Source of the DNA: Camelus dromedarius
Lineage: Eukaryota
DNA: 64,000 nucleotides
Reading direction: 5' to 3'
Assembly (NCBI RefSeq): GCF_036321535.1
Contig: NC_087436.1
Span: 47,742,001 to 47,806,000, forward strand
Part shown: piece by piece, positions 50,611 to 61,085 of the stretch
Layout: the number at the start of each line of letters is the position of its first letter
Position numbering within the stretch: the first letter of the stretch is position 1
Notes under the pieces: generated by a model
The model's input: only the letters and a program-made list of their open reading frames with translations
Databases searched by the model: none
Told to the model about the DNA's origin: nothing
Position numbers and translations under genes: made by a program

Positions 50611-50624
50611 CCACTAGAGGTCAG
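50611..50624 (+). promoter_or_regulatory. Candidate CTCF binding site
   Basis: CCACTAGAGGTCAG matches the CTCF core CCASYAGRKGGCRS at 13 of 14 positions, in non-repeat sequence. Confidence 0.55.
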
Positions 50625-51344
50625 TGCTGACCATTCACAGAGATAGTGAAGTCAATGCAACGGCCTTTGGACTCAAAAGTCCAGAGTTAGAAGAGTGTCT
50701 GAGGTTTCTTTGTGCCATTGATTGAGATTAAATGGATGCTGGGTCCATTATAAATTTTTTATTATGTGCAAGCCTTATTAGATATAATTTGTACTTGGCT
50801 GGGACTTATATTCAATAATATTGTTTAGGATTACTTCTCATTACTGGATACAAATCGACTGTTTTAAAATTTTTAACAAATTCCTGCTTTGGGAGATTCC
50901 TCAGTAGGCTCTAGGTTTTCCTACTTTCTCCTTTTAAAAATTGTTATAATTGGCGTCAGTCTAGATGTAAATGTAGGGTAACTGTAGAGGACAGGGTGGT
51001 GGTATTTGAGGCACTTTAGTAAGTTTCTTTTGTTCCTACTCAACCTGAAACTTCTCCACTTCTCCAATATGGAGAGTTATTGATTGTTCTGTTATTAAGC
51101 ATTAGTCCTTATGAACCAAACCACTTTCCTCCAGCTCCTCCTACTGCACATGTTTGTTATTTGCATGTTGCATGACAGGAACTGTGCCTTGATCTTGAGC
51201 TTCAAGAATTCGCTTATTTTAAATATCACCTGAAAGAAGTCATGCTGGGGGGAGGGGTTTCCAGCTTCTGTTTACTTGACAGAGGTCATTTGGCCTTTTG
51301 ATTGTATCTCTATAACTATCTATGATCCACTTTTGTTATAAAAG

Positions 51345-51580
51345 CAGGAAGAACTATCTAACCTACTGTATATAAAGTATTTCTTGTATATATATAATCA
51401 CATTTAATGCTCATAATAACTCCTGAAGTAGGGATTGCTTGTTATCTCCATTTTATAGGTGAGGAGATTGAGGTTCAGAGTTGAAATAACTTGCTCAAGA
51501 CCACACAGCTTATAAGAGAAAGGGCCGGATTTGAATCCAGGTTTGCTTTTCTCCAAAGGCCATGTATTTTCCCAAGTATC
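51345..51580 (-). mobile_element. MIR SINE
   Basis: 'catttaatgctcataataactcctgaagtaggga...tctccattttataggtgaggagattgaggttcagag...taacttgctcaagaccacacagct...ggatttgaatccagg'. Confidence 0.92.
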
Positions 51581-51872
51581 AAGCTGTCTAATGTGGTGTA
51601 CAAAATAAAATTACCATCCCCCACCCCCTACCACTCCCATCTCTCTACCCTGTGCAGGGCACCTTTCCATCAAATATGTTCAGGAGTTGATGATTTCTAA
51701 TGTTTACCATTCTAGCCTGGTCTTCTAATGAGAACATGTCCTGGCCCCAGTGTATTTGTTAACATAGTTTAATGTCCGTTACAGAAGGTCAGGTCCTGAG
51801 TCAAGGTGTTTGATCACTGCCGCAGCCCTCTGAGTCCCCTGAGAGTTACTGACACTCTAAAAGCTGAAGGGC

Positions 51873-52160
51873 TCTGGTAGTCAGCTCAGGCTGCCATTGT
51901 AAAGCACAACAGACTGGACAGTTAAACAGTAGGGGTTTATTTCTCACAGTTGTGGGGTCTGGAGAGTAGCCAGTGCGGTTCCCTGGTGAGGGCTCTCTTC
52001 CTGGCCTTCAGATGTCCACCTTCTAGCTGTGGCCTCACATGGTGGAGAGAGAGAGGGAGCAACCTCTCTGGTCTCTCTTCTTATAAGGGCACCAATACCA
52101 TTATGAGGGCTTCACTCTTAGGACCTCATCTAAACCTGATTGCTTCCCAAAGGTCCCATC
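51873..52160 (-). mobile_element. MLT1A-like MaLR LTR, 5' end missing
   Basis: 'tagtcagctcaggctgcca...tttatttctcacagtt...ctggtgagggctctcttcctggc...cctcacatggtggagagagag...tcttataagggcaccaat...cccaaaggtcccatc'. Confidence 0.88.
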
Positions 52161-52237
52161 TGTGAGAACTAAATTTCTGTTGTTTAAGCCATCCTGTCTG
52201 TGACATTTTGTTGTAGTAACCTGAGCAGACTAATACA
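52161..52237 (+). mobile_element. MLT1/MST-like LTR 3' terminus
   Basis: 'tgtgagaactaaatttctgttgtttaagccatcctgtctgtgacattttgttgtagtaacctgagcagactaataca' ends in the canonical ...taataca. Confidence 0.9.
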
Positions 52238-52990
52238 GTATCTGTGCGTAGGTCTCTGTGTGGGCATACATTTTTATGTCTTTTGGGTAAAAACACCTAG
52301 AAGTGAGATTTGGGGGTCACATGGTAAGTTAAGTATATTCAACTTTATAAGAAACTGCCACATTCCCCCAAAGTGGCTCTACCATTTTGCATTTCCATCA
52401 ACAGTGTACGAGAATTCCATTGGCTCCACATAGAAGCCACTACTTGGTATGTTTAGTCTTTCAAAATTTCAGCCATCCTAGGGAATAGTAATACCCAATT
52501 GTGGTTATCATTTGCATTTACCTAATAAATACTGCTGTTAAGAATCTTTTTATGGCTAATTTGCCATCTTTTTTTTTTTGTGAGATGTCTATTGAGATAT
52601 TTTGCTCATTTTTTAAAAGTTGGATTATTTTATTAGTGAGCTGTAATAGTTCTGTATATTCTAGATACAGTTCTTTATCAAGTATATATCTTGCAAATAT
52701 TTTCTCTCAGTTTGAGTCTTACCTTTTCTTTTTCTTCACAATATGTTTTGAAGTACGAAAGTTTTCAATTTTAATAAATTCCCATATTCTGTCTTTTGTG
52801 TTTACTTCTTTTTTGCCCTGAGAAATCTCCACCTAATCCAAGTCCACGAAGAGTTTTTTCTCTTGTGTTTGACTTAGAAATTTAATAATTTTAGGTTCTA
52901 CATTTAGCTCTATGATACATCTAAGGTTATTTTTTGTGTAAGGTACTACATAAAGGTCAACACTGACTTTTTAAAATATAAATATCTTCT
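52238..52990 (-). mobile_element. L1M (L1MB-like) ORF2 C-terminal fragment
   Basis: 'ttttgggtaaaaacacctagaagtgagatttgggggtcacatggtaag', 'aactttataagaaactgcca', 'ccattttgcatttccatcaacagtgtacgag' and 'ttgcaaatattttctctcagttt'. Confidence 0.9.
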
Positions 52991-54037
52991 TAATTTTTAA
53001 AGAGTCAAATGTAGAACTAGGACTGTCCCTTTCTTATCACATGGTGAATGAAGGTTATTTTGATCATAGACTTGATGGAATTTAATTGAATATTGACTTA
53101 GAAAAAAATATTTCCTCTCTAATTTTTTTATATCTATAACTACATCTATACTGACATCTATGTCTTTTCTAAACCTCAATCTTTACACTTCATTATTTAG
53201 AGAAAAAAACAAACAAACAAAGAAAAAGTCAGCCGTAAGAAGAAAGTTGAGAAGGAATTTCATTCCAATGTACTTTAATTCATTCCAGAAACCCTGAGAT
53301 TCAGAACATGCTGTGTTATGGGTGAAAAGGCTTTCTAATAATCAAACGTAAGATGCCAGTGAAAGTGTCTCAGTTGGCGTCCCTTGGATTTAAGTGCTTT
53401 CAGTAGAAGAACATAAAAAATGACTCTCGGTAGGGTGCATGATAAGTTGTTAGCATCTGTAATACATGGTCAGATTACTTCAATACTCACTGTAAAAATA
53501 AACTATTAGATAAAAGACAAAATGACAGAGGAAACTTTTTCAATAGTTACCATGGCATTGGGGAAAATGTTTTTTATTGTGGGTTAAGTAGTTAGAGCCA
53601 GGAAACAAAGGGCAGGAGTAAATAAGCACTTTTCTAACTGGAGGATGGTAGTGGGGAGAGCCTTTAGAGATTGCTTTTATTATTATTATTAACCTTTTAG
53701 TAAATTGTCTGAATAATAAAATCTTCACTGAAGTTAATATCAAGCTATTTTGACTAAAAGATGTGAGGCTCATGGAAATAAACTTATGGATAAATTCTCA
53801 CTTAATGTGATATAAAAAATCTGACAGATGAGCTTTAATGTGTATGTATAGGTAAGAGATCTATTTAAAGGGAAAAAAAACTGCGTAGAACTGATGGCTT
53901 CAAGGTGTTGGTTATAATTCAGGAAAGTGACCTAGGAATGACTGCAGTCTGCTCCCCAAGGCACCAACCCAGTGGCCTGCCTCATGAAGAAAAATTGGAA
54001 ACAAATCAGAAAACATCATCTTACAACTGTGTAAGAA

Positions 54038-54420
54038 CTAGAAGACTGTGTATTCTGCAGGTCACCACTCCTCAGACAAAATAGGACTGGAAGAGTCCCA
54101 GAGAACCATAAGTAAAATGATCAAGGGCTTTCTATATGAATTTTGATTCAAGAAATTAGGATGGTGTAGGCTAGAAACATGAAAGCAAAGAGGGAACATG
54201 ATCAAAGCCTTAAAATTGTCAAGACTATGGCTAGGTGGAACACAGGCTTGTTCACAAAAATTACAGAATACAAAGCTGAAAGTTCCTGGTGCTTAACATA
54301 TTGTGTGCAATATAGCCTTTTTTAAAGTATTACTTAATTGATAAAGCAGTACGTTTAGTGAGTACATTTTATTCAATGGTGAATTAGGTCTAAATGAATG
54401 AATAGTTTCTGGGACTATGA
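54038..54420 (+). mobile_element. CR1/L3 LINE 3' fragment
   Basis: 'ctggaagagtcccagagaaccataagtaaaatgatcaagggc' translates as LEESQRTISKMIKG (CR1 consensus LERVQRRATKMIKG). It is followed by 'aagaaattagga...agagggaacatgatcaaagccttaaaatt' (KELG...RGDMI..FK). Confidence 0.78.
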
Positions 54421-54499
54421 TTATTGATCTTGGTGGAGCTACAACGCAAAGAATATTTAAGTAATATTTCTGACCTCTAAGAAATTAAATATGTTACTT

Positions 54500-54815
54500 T
54501 TAGTTTTCACCAGTAAAACCATAATATGTATTATTATAGAACTTTAAAAACTACAGATTAAAAAGTAAGCGCCCATACTATCACTATGGAAATACAGAGA
54601 AGGTAATACTTATTTCTCTCATGCATATTTTTTGTGTACCTGTGTTCATACGCTATGTATAATTTTTATGGAACATTATGAAAATAATTTTCTGTTATTA
54701 TAATATTTTAATGCGATATTTTTGTTCCCATAGCATTAATTGAATGGACATATTATAAGTCACCTAATCATTCCTCTATTTCTGAGCATCTGGGGGTCTT
54801 GCCAAACCAAACTGA
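54500..54815 (-). mobile_element. Highly decayed L1ME-like 3' fragment
   Basis: 'tagcattaattgaatggacatattataagtcacctaatcattcctctatttctgagcatctggg'. Confidence 0.5.
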
Positions 54816-55499
54816 ACTTTTCTAGAGTGACATTTAAACAGTGATGATTCTTCCAAAGTAATCCCTTAAGGGGATGTCAAAAGTAGAGTAGAAGAGTGGA
54901 AAAGTAGGAGACATTAGGTTATTGCAAGGTGCCTTAAAATCTATATTTATGTCAGTCATTAACTATAGACTAAATAAATATCATAGGCAGAAGAGATTTG
55001 TAATGATTTTTAATTTTATTTGCATGTTGCTGGGGTTAATAAAATAGAAACATTTAAAAGTAACATGGAATGCAGAGTAGCTTTTTCTTATGTATTGTGT
55101 CAAAAGTACAGTCACTAACATGAGAGGAGTTCATAATATTTTAATTAAAAGGAGATATCCATGCTTATAAAGATTAGGTAAAATTGTTCCATAGTCACCT
55201 TTTGAGTGTGAACACCAGAGCTAGTGATACTTTTGCTGAAAATTTCATTGAAAGCTGTCAGTACGATTGCTTCAACATGGTTGGGACAATTTATTTTCTC
55301 TTAAATTACATTATTTGAAGAACATAAAAAAGGAAAAATAAATCTGCCAGTCCAACAAATACTTTTCTTTGGAGAAATATGAAGATGAGTAACACATAGT
55401 ATCTTTCCTCATTATAATTATAACATAATTAGGGTATCAAAATGTCCTCAAAAACATAAGTAAGATTTTTATAAGTGTCAGAGAAAGAGAAGCAAGAGA

Positions 55500-55950
55500 A
55501 ACTGGAAAACTTCACGGAGGAGGTGGGACTTAAAATGCACGTTGAAAGATGGGTACAATTCATGCAGGTGAATAGGATGATTGGGAGTCTTCTGCTGAGG
55601 GGCAGGGCAACCAGACACATGGCACTGGTAATTCAATGGCATAATTAGGGATATTAAAAGATGACTTTGGCTAGAGTGGAGAAATTCATTCTGGGAGTGA
55701 GTAGGAAATGGAGATGGAAATAGAGATGGAAGATGGATGAAAGATTTTAGACTTTATCCCCATGTATAATGGGGCCCTTTGAAGGGCTCATTAATAGTAA
55801 GATGACATAATAAACATGATATTTGTAGACAATGAAACCTAGTGATAATGTGTGTAATGCATTGCAGTGAAGAGAGACTGAATGCAAGTATACCAGAAAC
55901 AGTACAGAGAGATGAGAAAATAGGGAGACAAGGTCATTACCTGTGCGGAT
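55500..55950 (-). mobile_element. L2 fragment
   Basis: 'ggaaaacttcacggaggaggtgggacttaaaatgcacgttgaaagatgggta', 'ttagactttatccccatgtataatggggccc'. Confidence 0.7.
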
Positions 55951-55959
55951 GAATGTGAT

Positions 55960-56295
55960 GTTATAGTTTGTATTTCTCAGCAAGAGGAGGTTCACCCAGG
56001 AACCATTCTATTATGAGCGTGGTTTGCCTTGTCTACCTTTTTTGGACACCAGTAAAGTCACTGGGGTTTCTCACAGCATTGTAGTCTCAGAGTGGTCAAA
56101 CTTCTGTTACGCTTCTCCCAGGGTGAGTTTCAAGAGAACCAGGTAGGATTTGCAAGCTTCTTATGACTTAACCTCAAAAGTGATGGAACATCACTTCTGC
56201 CATTTTCAGTGAGTCACAGGGCTGGCCAAGTTTCAAAGACGGGTACTGCACTGGGGCACGGATACTGAAATTCAGACAGAGACTCATCACCAGTT
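55960..56295 (-). mobile_element. MLT1H/I-like MaLR LTR fragment
   Basis: 'tttctcacagcattgtagtctcagagtggtcaaacttc...caagcttcttatgacttaacctcaaaagtg...catcacttctgccattttc...agtcacagggctggcc'. Confidence 0.72.
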
Positions 56296-56338
56296 CCTTG
56301 ATTAGGGTCCAGTCCCTCCCTGTTCCCTGGGCATGATT

Positions 56339-56781
56339 CTGTGTCAGTCAGCAGTCAATAAGGGAAGTGGAACCACTCCAAGTGGTTTTTGGAATAAGGA
56401 ATTTGTTATAGGGAATAGACATCATGCAGTGTGGCAGCTGGTGAAGAAATTTCTGTGAGGCTGCTGCCTCTCTGTCGGGTAGTGGTCTGAAGTTGCCATA
56501 GACCAGCTGCTGGAAAGAAAAGCTGGACCCAAAGCAGAGGAGAATGAAAAACTAGAACATGAGGGGACATGTTGGACCCAGCAGATCAGTGATGATGTTC
56601 ACAACCTCCAGGGATACCCGGTGCCCATGCTGACCACAGCTTCCCATGTGCAGCTTCACTTCAGCCTTCCAAATCTCACATGGACTTCTCTTTTGACCAT
56701 GTCTACACCAGAAACAGACAGGGAAGGGATTCTGGGAAACTTAGTTCTAGCTTAATTATGTTGACATTAGTACAAACCATC
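56339..56781 (-). mobile_element. ERVL-class solo LTR (LTR33/LTR50/MLT2-related; subfamily uncertain)
   Basis: Begins 'tgtgtcagtcagcagtcaataagggaagtggaaccac' and ends 'gggaagggattctgggaaacttagttctagctt...gttgacattagtacaaaccatc'. Both are typical ERVL LTR termini. Confidence 0.65.
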
Positions 56782-57979
56782 CTAAAGTTCTTCTGTCCTC
56801 CAATAGTACAAAACACTTCCTGCAGCTGCTGTGAATGTCTCTGTTTTGCACCGGTGGGGTGGATTTTAGACATATGATTGGCATTTAGTGAGGAAAGAAA
56901 AAAGGCTTATTGGAGATAGTTACCTGAGAGGGTCTCTTCATTGTTTAGATACTTACTGATCTTTGATTGTTTCCTTATTCTTATAGCAACTTGGATGCCA
57001 CATTTTGTTTGCATAATGTGCTTCATTAGGTAATTGATCTATTTCTACTTTTACATAAGTTCAGATGGAAGATATTTTTAAAGAATATTGTTGTGATTAG
57101 AGCTACACTGAATGTGTTTTGGCTTAGCGTGTTCTGTCCTGAGGAAACAGTTTGAGTACTGTTGTATGGATCAACAAGACCTAGCTGCAAGAGACTTTAA
57201 ATTCTTAGTATTATTAAAACAAACCTCTCCAAGCAAGGAAAAGTAGGTGGATCAATAATGGTTGGATACTCATTCCAAAAGCAGATCTAATGAGGAAATG
57301 AGCCAATGAGAAGTAAACTCAGCATTTTGATAATGACAAGAGGAGATGGAGCAGTGAGGAACAGGCCCTGTCAGGAGTGCAAGGGGCATGGGCTTTGGTT
57401 AGAAAGCAGAGTGGATGCAGCTGGTGCACCATGTCCCTTTTGTTTGAATGTTAGCAATGCAGAAACCCAGCCTGACCTCTGCATTTTCACTAGATCAGAG
57501 CCTCAGCATCAGGGCCATCATATCATGGCCCCTAAAGGATCCTTTTCGTAGTAATGCTGGAAAGAAGACAACTGGGACCAAGGTTGAGAAAATGAGGGGA
57601 AGAGGGAATAATAGTGCCACCTTTTGTCTGCAGAACCCATTTCACTCTTTGAAAGTATCCGCTGTTGGGTGCTCTCTTTGATCTGCCCTGATACTTGGTT
57701 AGCAGGTCTCAGATAAGCTCTTTCCGTGTGTGTACTTCGTCCAGATAGCTCAGAGGTCTTTGGGACAAGATCACACTGAGAGGCCTTTATACTGAGTTTT
57801 GATCTGTTGCTCTCAGTGGATATTATGGATTTCAGTTGTCGCTGTGAGAATATTCTGGATTCAGTTGTTACTCTGAGAGAACATTCCAGATTTGAACAGT
57901 AGAAGCTTTCTTCCAAACCATTGACTTTCATTACAATGTCATGGTTCTGTCCTTAAGAAAAACATGGAATAATGAGAAA

Positions 57980-58135
57980 ACGTGGCATAACAGAAAACGC
58001 ACAGGGAATTGAGTCTTAGCTCCTAACTGCTGTATGACTTTTGCTGATTCTGGGGCATGGTTTCCTTATTTGTAAAGCCAGTTGCACTAATTATCTCTGT
58101 GGCAGTAGTGAGAAGACGAAACTTAACTAAAGGAA
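57980..58135 (+). mobile_element. Degraded MIR
   Basis: 'cgtggcataacagaaaacgcacagg...cctaactgctgtatgactttt...gtttccttatttgtaaag'. Confidence 0.6.
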
Positions 58136-58657
58136 ATATGGTCCAAAAATGTGGCTTATTCCTTCCAAGTGTACTCATGTTTTACTTCTGTCTGGCACTC
58201 TGCTGGTTGAGGATCAGCATGGTCAGAAAGAGAATTGCTGTCCTCCACAGCTTTCCATGATTATTCATCTTAAACCTACCACTATCACTATGTGCATCAC
58301 TGCCCCATACCTGCCCGCTTATCTGATTCTACTTGCAGGGAAGAAGGGGAAAAAAAGTGAATGATGAAAATAAAGTTATAAAATCATGTGGAGAACTGTA
58401 ATGATGGTGACGTTCTAAAATTCTAGGGAAGATTAGATAATTCTTTAGTCTTTTCTTTAAAACATTTCCAAATTTACTTCCAATGTGTAAAATAATCAGG
58501 GAGTATACATTGAGTGGGTGTATAGTGACATATAAAGATTACCACAGGTGAAAATCATCCTTTCTAAATACAATTTAACCATCCTTTCTAAAGGCAATTA
58601 AAGTTATTTTCCTTTTGTGTGATTTCCAGATATTCAAATTATCCTTTATACATCCAA

Positions 58658-58719
58658 TTCTTCCTTCCTTCCTTCCTTCCTTCCTTCCTTCCTTCCTTCC
58701 TTCCTTCCTTCCTTCCTTC

Positions 58720-58785
<66 letters not shown>

Positions 58786-58864
58786 CTCTTTCTCTCTTTC
58801 TCTCTTTCTCTCTTTCTCTCTCTCTCTCTCTCTTTCTCTCTTTCTCTCTTTCTTTCTTTCTTTT
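58658..58864. repeat. Compound (TTCC)n(TTTC)n(TC)n microsatellite, 207 nt of uninterrupted pyrimidines
   Basis: No purine between 58658 and 58864. Confidence 0.98.
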
Positions 58865-60679
58865 GGAATCTTTAAAAGATTAAAACTTAGGAAGGTTATT
58901 TTAATCAGCATAGACCCAATGCTGTGCCTTTCATAAAGCATCTTTGCACTGTGAATAAACCCAATTCAGGGAGATCTCTATGGATTTTGTGGGCAGGGAA
59001 CACTGTTGATTAAAGGTTGGCAAGGTTAATGTGGGGAAGGAAAGTGAAGTTATTTAATTAATTATTATTTCTGGTCCGTCTGCCTTTACATTTTTAATGA
59101 TTACAAAGAAAACTCAATCCTGAACAGAAAAAAAAAATCAGTCTGCGCTAACGTAAAATTTCTATCGGTTTATGACACAATACAATGACAAAGTAATTTT
59201 CAGCTCCTCCATAACAAAAATACTCAATTTTTGGCTCACTTACATAGATCCCTCCTTAACCGAAAAAGCTTCTGTCAGTCTCAAAAGCAAAATGGAAAAC
59301 ACAAGAGGATGATCACATTCATTTCTATTTAGCAGGCACTGAAAACTGACTCTCTTCTCAGCATTCATCTTTTTTTTCCATTTCACATTCTAGTCTTTGG
59401 CATCCCAACACTTTGCTATCTAAAAACAAGACACATTCCTCCCTTTCCAGAGTAATAGAGCGCTTTGCTCCACGAACAAAATCCAAGTAAGTGCTTCCAA
59501 ATGCTTAGATCCCCTTCCCTGCACTTGTTAAACCTTCAGCTGGGATGTCAGTCTGACTCCAGGCCACAAGAGGAGCTGGGCCAGGCCCGGGAAGCACGTC
59601 AGCACTGACACGCATTGTCTGGAAGGGCATGTGTGGCCTGATGCTGACACAGGTGGACCTCAGACGACCTCTTTTTTCGCCACTGAAACTGCATGCAAAG
59701 CACAGCAGGGGCCTCGGGCTAATTCTGTGTGCCTGTGAAAATGCATTATTTACCTTGAAACCATGTTGGATCTTTCAGGGTTGAAAATTATTGTCGCTCC
59801 TGGTTAAGGATTTTCTTCTTTCCGGGTGGAACCTAATTCTTGCATCTAATTCTCAAATAATCAGACGGCAGTTTTATAAAATGGGGATTCTTTTTGGCTA
59901 AATGGTGAGCTTGACATTGAAAGGCAGCCGTTCTGCTCCTTCTAGTCTAATTTAAAGCCAGAACTTGGTTGAAGCTCCAGAACCTAAAGTAGATGTGGAT
60001 TAGCAGCAGAATGTGTAGCATCAGACTTCACTATGTGTGATCCTAGCTAATTAATTCATAACTATGTTTAGAAAGTGATTTGAGCCACCTTGATGATCAT
60101 GAAGTAGTATATGAATGATTCTCACAAGGAAAGTAGGGGTTGTAGTGATTCTAACCATACCAAAGTAATTGGGGTGGTGTTTGTAAGAGATTTTAAGACT
60201 CAGTGGTAAAAAAGGATGATTGTAGATTAATCATAGAATATCACCTCCATAAAGGGGGCCATAAGTAAGCAGAGTAGATAGTAACCCAAGGAAGCCAGAA
60301 TGAAATAACCTTATCTTTGTGGTGAAAGTAAGGGTGGGGATGCTAACAGATGGTGGAAACAGGGACAGTTGTAGCTAGTGCTCACCTGCTGGTCTTTGGT
60401 CCTTATGGGGCCTCTGATACCAGTGCTAGTGTCACATTTGTGTTTGTGCGTGTGTGTGTGTAGGGGGGGTGTATATGTGTACATGTACATGTTGGGTAGT
60501 CCAAGAAGATAGCCAAAGCAAAGACAGATTTGCATTAGGTAATGACTAATTCAGGTCAGCAGATAATTTTTCTGTGTTGCAGTCTGTTGGCTTTTTGTGT
60601 TTTGAAGTTTGCTATGTGTACATCAGTGAGGGAGCTGGTAATTGGAAATGGACATTTGAGTAGAGGAAGGGAGAAGTGG

Positions 60680-61085
60680 TCCATAAAGACTTCTAGGAGG
60701 AGTGATTTTTGCATTGAACCTTGAAATATTATGAGGATTCAGTTTGGTTAATATGGGGAGAAAGAATATTTTAGGTTAAGGAAATGACATGTAGACAAAT
60801 AAACACATGAAACACATAGAAATATGAATGACAACGATCATTTGGACAACAGGAAATAGGTAAGGAAAGGGCATGACAGGAAATAAGAAAAGATGTTGGC
60901 AGAAGTGAGATGATAAGAACCCATGAGTGGTGTGCTCCAGCAACTTGAATTTCATCCTCAGAAAACGGGGAATTGTTTCAGCAGGACACAGTCATACCCT
61001 GATATCACTTTGGAAGATTGATTAAAGTGTCAAGTTGCAATTAGATAAGTTAAGTCACAATACTTCATGTAGGAACTTACGAGGC
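60680..61085 (-). mobile_element. L2 fragment
   Basis: 'aaagacttctaggaggagtgatttttgcattgaaccttgaaa...aagaatattttaggttaaggaaatgacatg...cttgaatttcatcct...cactttggaagatt'. Confidence 0.65.

Noticed and set aside
7714..56216. About a dozen scattered AP-1 heptamers (TGASTCA)
   Set aside because: Close to chance expectation for a 7-mer pair in 64 kb, and not clustered.
650..56781. Inferring host-gene strand from L1/LTR orientation bias
   Set aside because: L1 pieces are split about evenly between strands and the LTR excess on minus is too small to be informative.
58615..58941. Phe-Leu-Ser and Lys-Glu-Arg-rich ORFs
   Set aside because: Translations of the pyrimidine microsatellite.
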